Shown piece by piece: positions 63,369 to 64,000 of a stretch of DNA of 64,000 nt. Position 1 is the stretch's first letter. Every line of letters begins with the position of its first letter. The notes beneath the pieces were generated by a model. That model had not been told where the DNA came from and did no database searches. It saw nothing but the letters and a program-made list of their open reading frames with translations. The translations under genes were made by a program, and so were the position numbers. Origin of the DNA: Candidatus Zhuqueibacterota bacterium (lineage in GTDB: Bacteria > Zhuqueibacterota > Zhuqueibacteria > Zhuqueibacterales > Geothermadaptataceae); assembly GCA_030950365.1 (NCBI GenBank), contig JAUZRQ010000091.1, positions 20,820 through 84,819 of the forward strand, read 5' to 3'.

Positions 63369-64000
63369 CTAAATTTTCTTTAAAATCAGGACACTAATAT
63401 CATCGTCAAAATCATTGCGGCCCATAAATCGTCTCACATCGTCGGAAATGCGTTCAATGATATCGCGTGATGATAGATCGGCCAGCGCTTCGACCATGTG
63501 GGCCAAACGTTCGGATTCGTACCGATCTCCTTGAGCATCTGTGGCTTCCACCAGCCCGTCGGTATACAGCAGCAAAATATCATTCTTGCGCAAAAGCAAC
63601 CGGTCATTGTGAATATCCAATTCCGGTTCGAGTCCGATGAAAAAAGTATCGGACATAATCCATTCGACCGCGTTTTGCCTGGCGCGCCAGATCAGCGCCG
63701 GGTTGTGCCCGGCATTGGCCAGCAAAACTTCGCCCGTGGCGGCATCCAGATAACCCACGATGGCGCTAAGGAACAATTCCGATCGATCCAGGTCCGCATA
63801 CAACACCTGATTGGCCAGCCGCAGAATATCGGCTGGCTCCCGTCCTTGAAACATGCTCATGCGAATCACGCTGCGGCTGCTGGACATGATAATCGCCGAA
63901 CCAATGTTGTGCCCGGAGACATCGGCCACAACAAAGTATAAATTGCCTTTCTCATCGGTCAGGTAATCCAGATAGTCGCCACCGACTTTGTTAGCCGCAA
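63369..64000 (-). CDS. PP2C (SpoIIE-type) phosphatase, C-terminal part (5' end beyond window)
   Basis: The reading frame stays open to the window edge: ...ANKVGGDYLDYLTDEKGNLYFVVADVSGHNIGSAIIMS...LYTDGLVEA...DDISVLILKKI. The track's ATG 63929 is internal. Confidence 0.85.
   Translation of the reverse strand, partial: AANKVGGDYLDYLTDEKGNLYFVVADVSGHNIGSAIIMSSSRSVIRMSMFQGREPADILRLANQVLYADLDRSELFLSAIVGYLDAATGEVLLANAGHNPALIWRARQNAVEWIMSDTFFIGLEPELDIHNDRLLLRKNDILLLYTDGLVEATDAQGDRYESERLAHMVEALADLSSRDIIERISDDVRRFMGRNDFDDDISVLILKKI

Noticed and set aside
1-64000. A search for CRISPR arrays, rRNA/tRNA genes, transposases/integrases, prophage or recognisable defence-system genes
   Set aside because: None were recognised. 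There are no regularly spaced direct repeats, no rRNA-like conserved blocks, and no DDE/tyrosine-recombinase, nuclease-helicase or toxin-antitoxin-like ORFs among the translations.

Overview
The window is a 64-kb chromosomal stretch from a diderm bacterium, shown by lipid A genes and outer-membrane barrel proteins. It looks moderately GC-rich by eye. Canonical TTGACA/TATAAT-type promoters and AGGAGG ribosome-binding sites are visible. I could support about 50 protein-coding genes. I found no rRNA, tRNA, CRISPR array, transposase or integrase. Taxonomy cannot be assigned from sequence alone. GWxTD, GldF/GldG-like, DUF5916-like and PATAN/DUF4388 proteins hint at the FCB group or neighbouring lineages. 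Content by block:
- (1) 1-308: truncated ABC ATPase.
- (2) 799-11722: a tightly coupled Pel-type exopolysaccharide operon with unusual composition. PelA is split into a separate hydrolase and deacetylase, a tandem-STAS gene sits in front of pelD, a short PelB-like TPR+barrel gene is at the 3' end, and there is no PelC.
- (3) 11993-15458: a gluzincin peptidase plus the reverse-transsulfuration pair (cystathionine beta-synthase and gamma-lyase).
- (4) 15791-20159: a three-gene module of pseudo-receiver/PATAN(DUF4388) proteins and paralogous P-loop-less GTPase-like domains. I consider this the most novel-looking system.
- (5) 20440-24081: a zf-HC2 anti-sigma-like gene, a 376-aa unknown gene preceded by a good sigma-54 promoter, and an NtrC-type enhancer-binding response regulator.
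- (6) 24760-29160: a lipid A cluster (lpxK, DUF374, lpxB) with an ICMT/LmtA-like methyltransferase and a GnnA-like oxidoreductase.
- (7) 29.5-47 kb: mixed envelope and housekeeping genes. These are a HEAT-cyclophilin lipoprotein, deoxynucleoside kinase, DUF5916-like OM protein, quinone oxidoreductase, HAMP-PP2C phosphatase, GWxTD protein, a cupin/CopD-like/polytopic membrane operon, an extended YjbQ-like protein and an SDR.
- (8) 47176-51977: an ABC-2/GldG-like fusion transporter with a DUF4340 protein.
- (9) 52784-55098: HD hydrolase, lipid kinase and YkgJ protein.
- (10) 55301-64000: an eight-gene signalling operon (PP2C, REC, HDOD, GAF/PAS kinase, REC, orphan PilB/GspE ATPase with an MshEN-type c-di-GMP motif, kinase, REC-zinc-ribbon protein).
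Several intergenic regions carry a family of modular palindromic (REP/MITE-like) repeats. All functional calls rest on motifs I recognised by eye in the translations. No database search was run.
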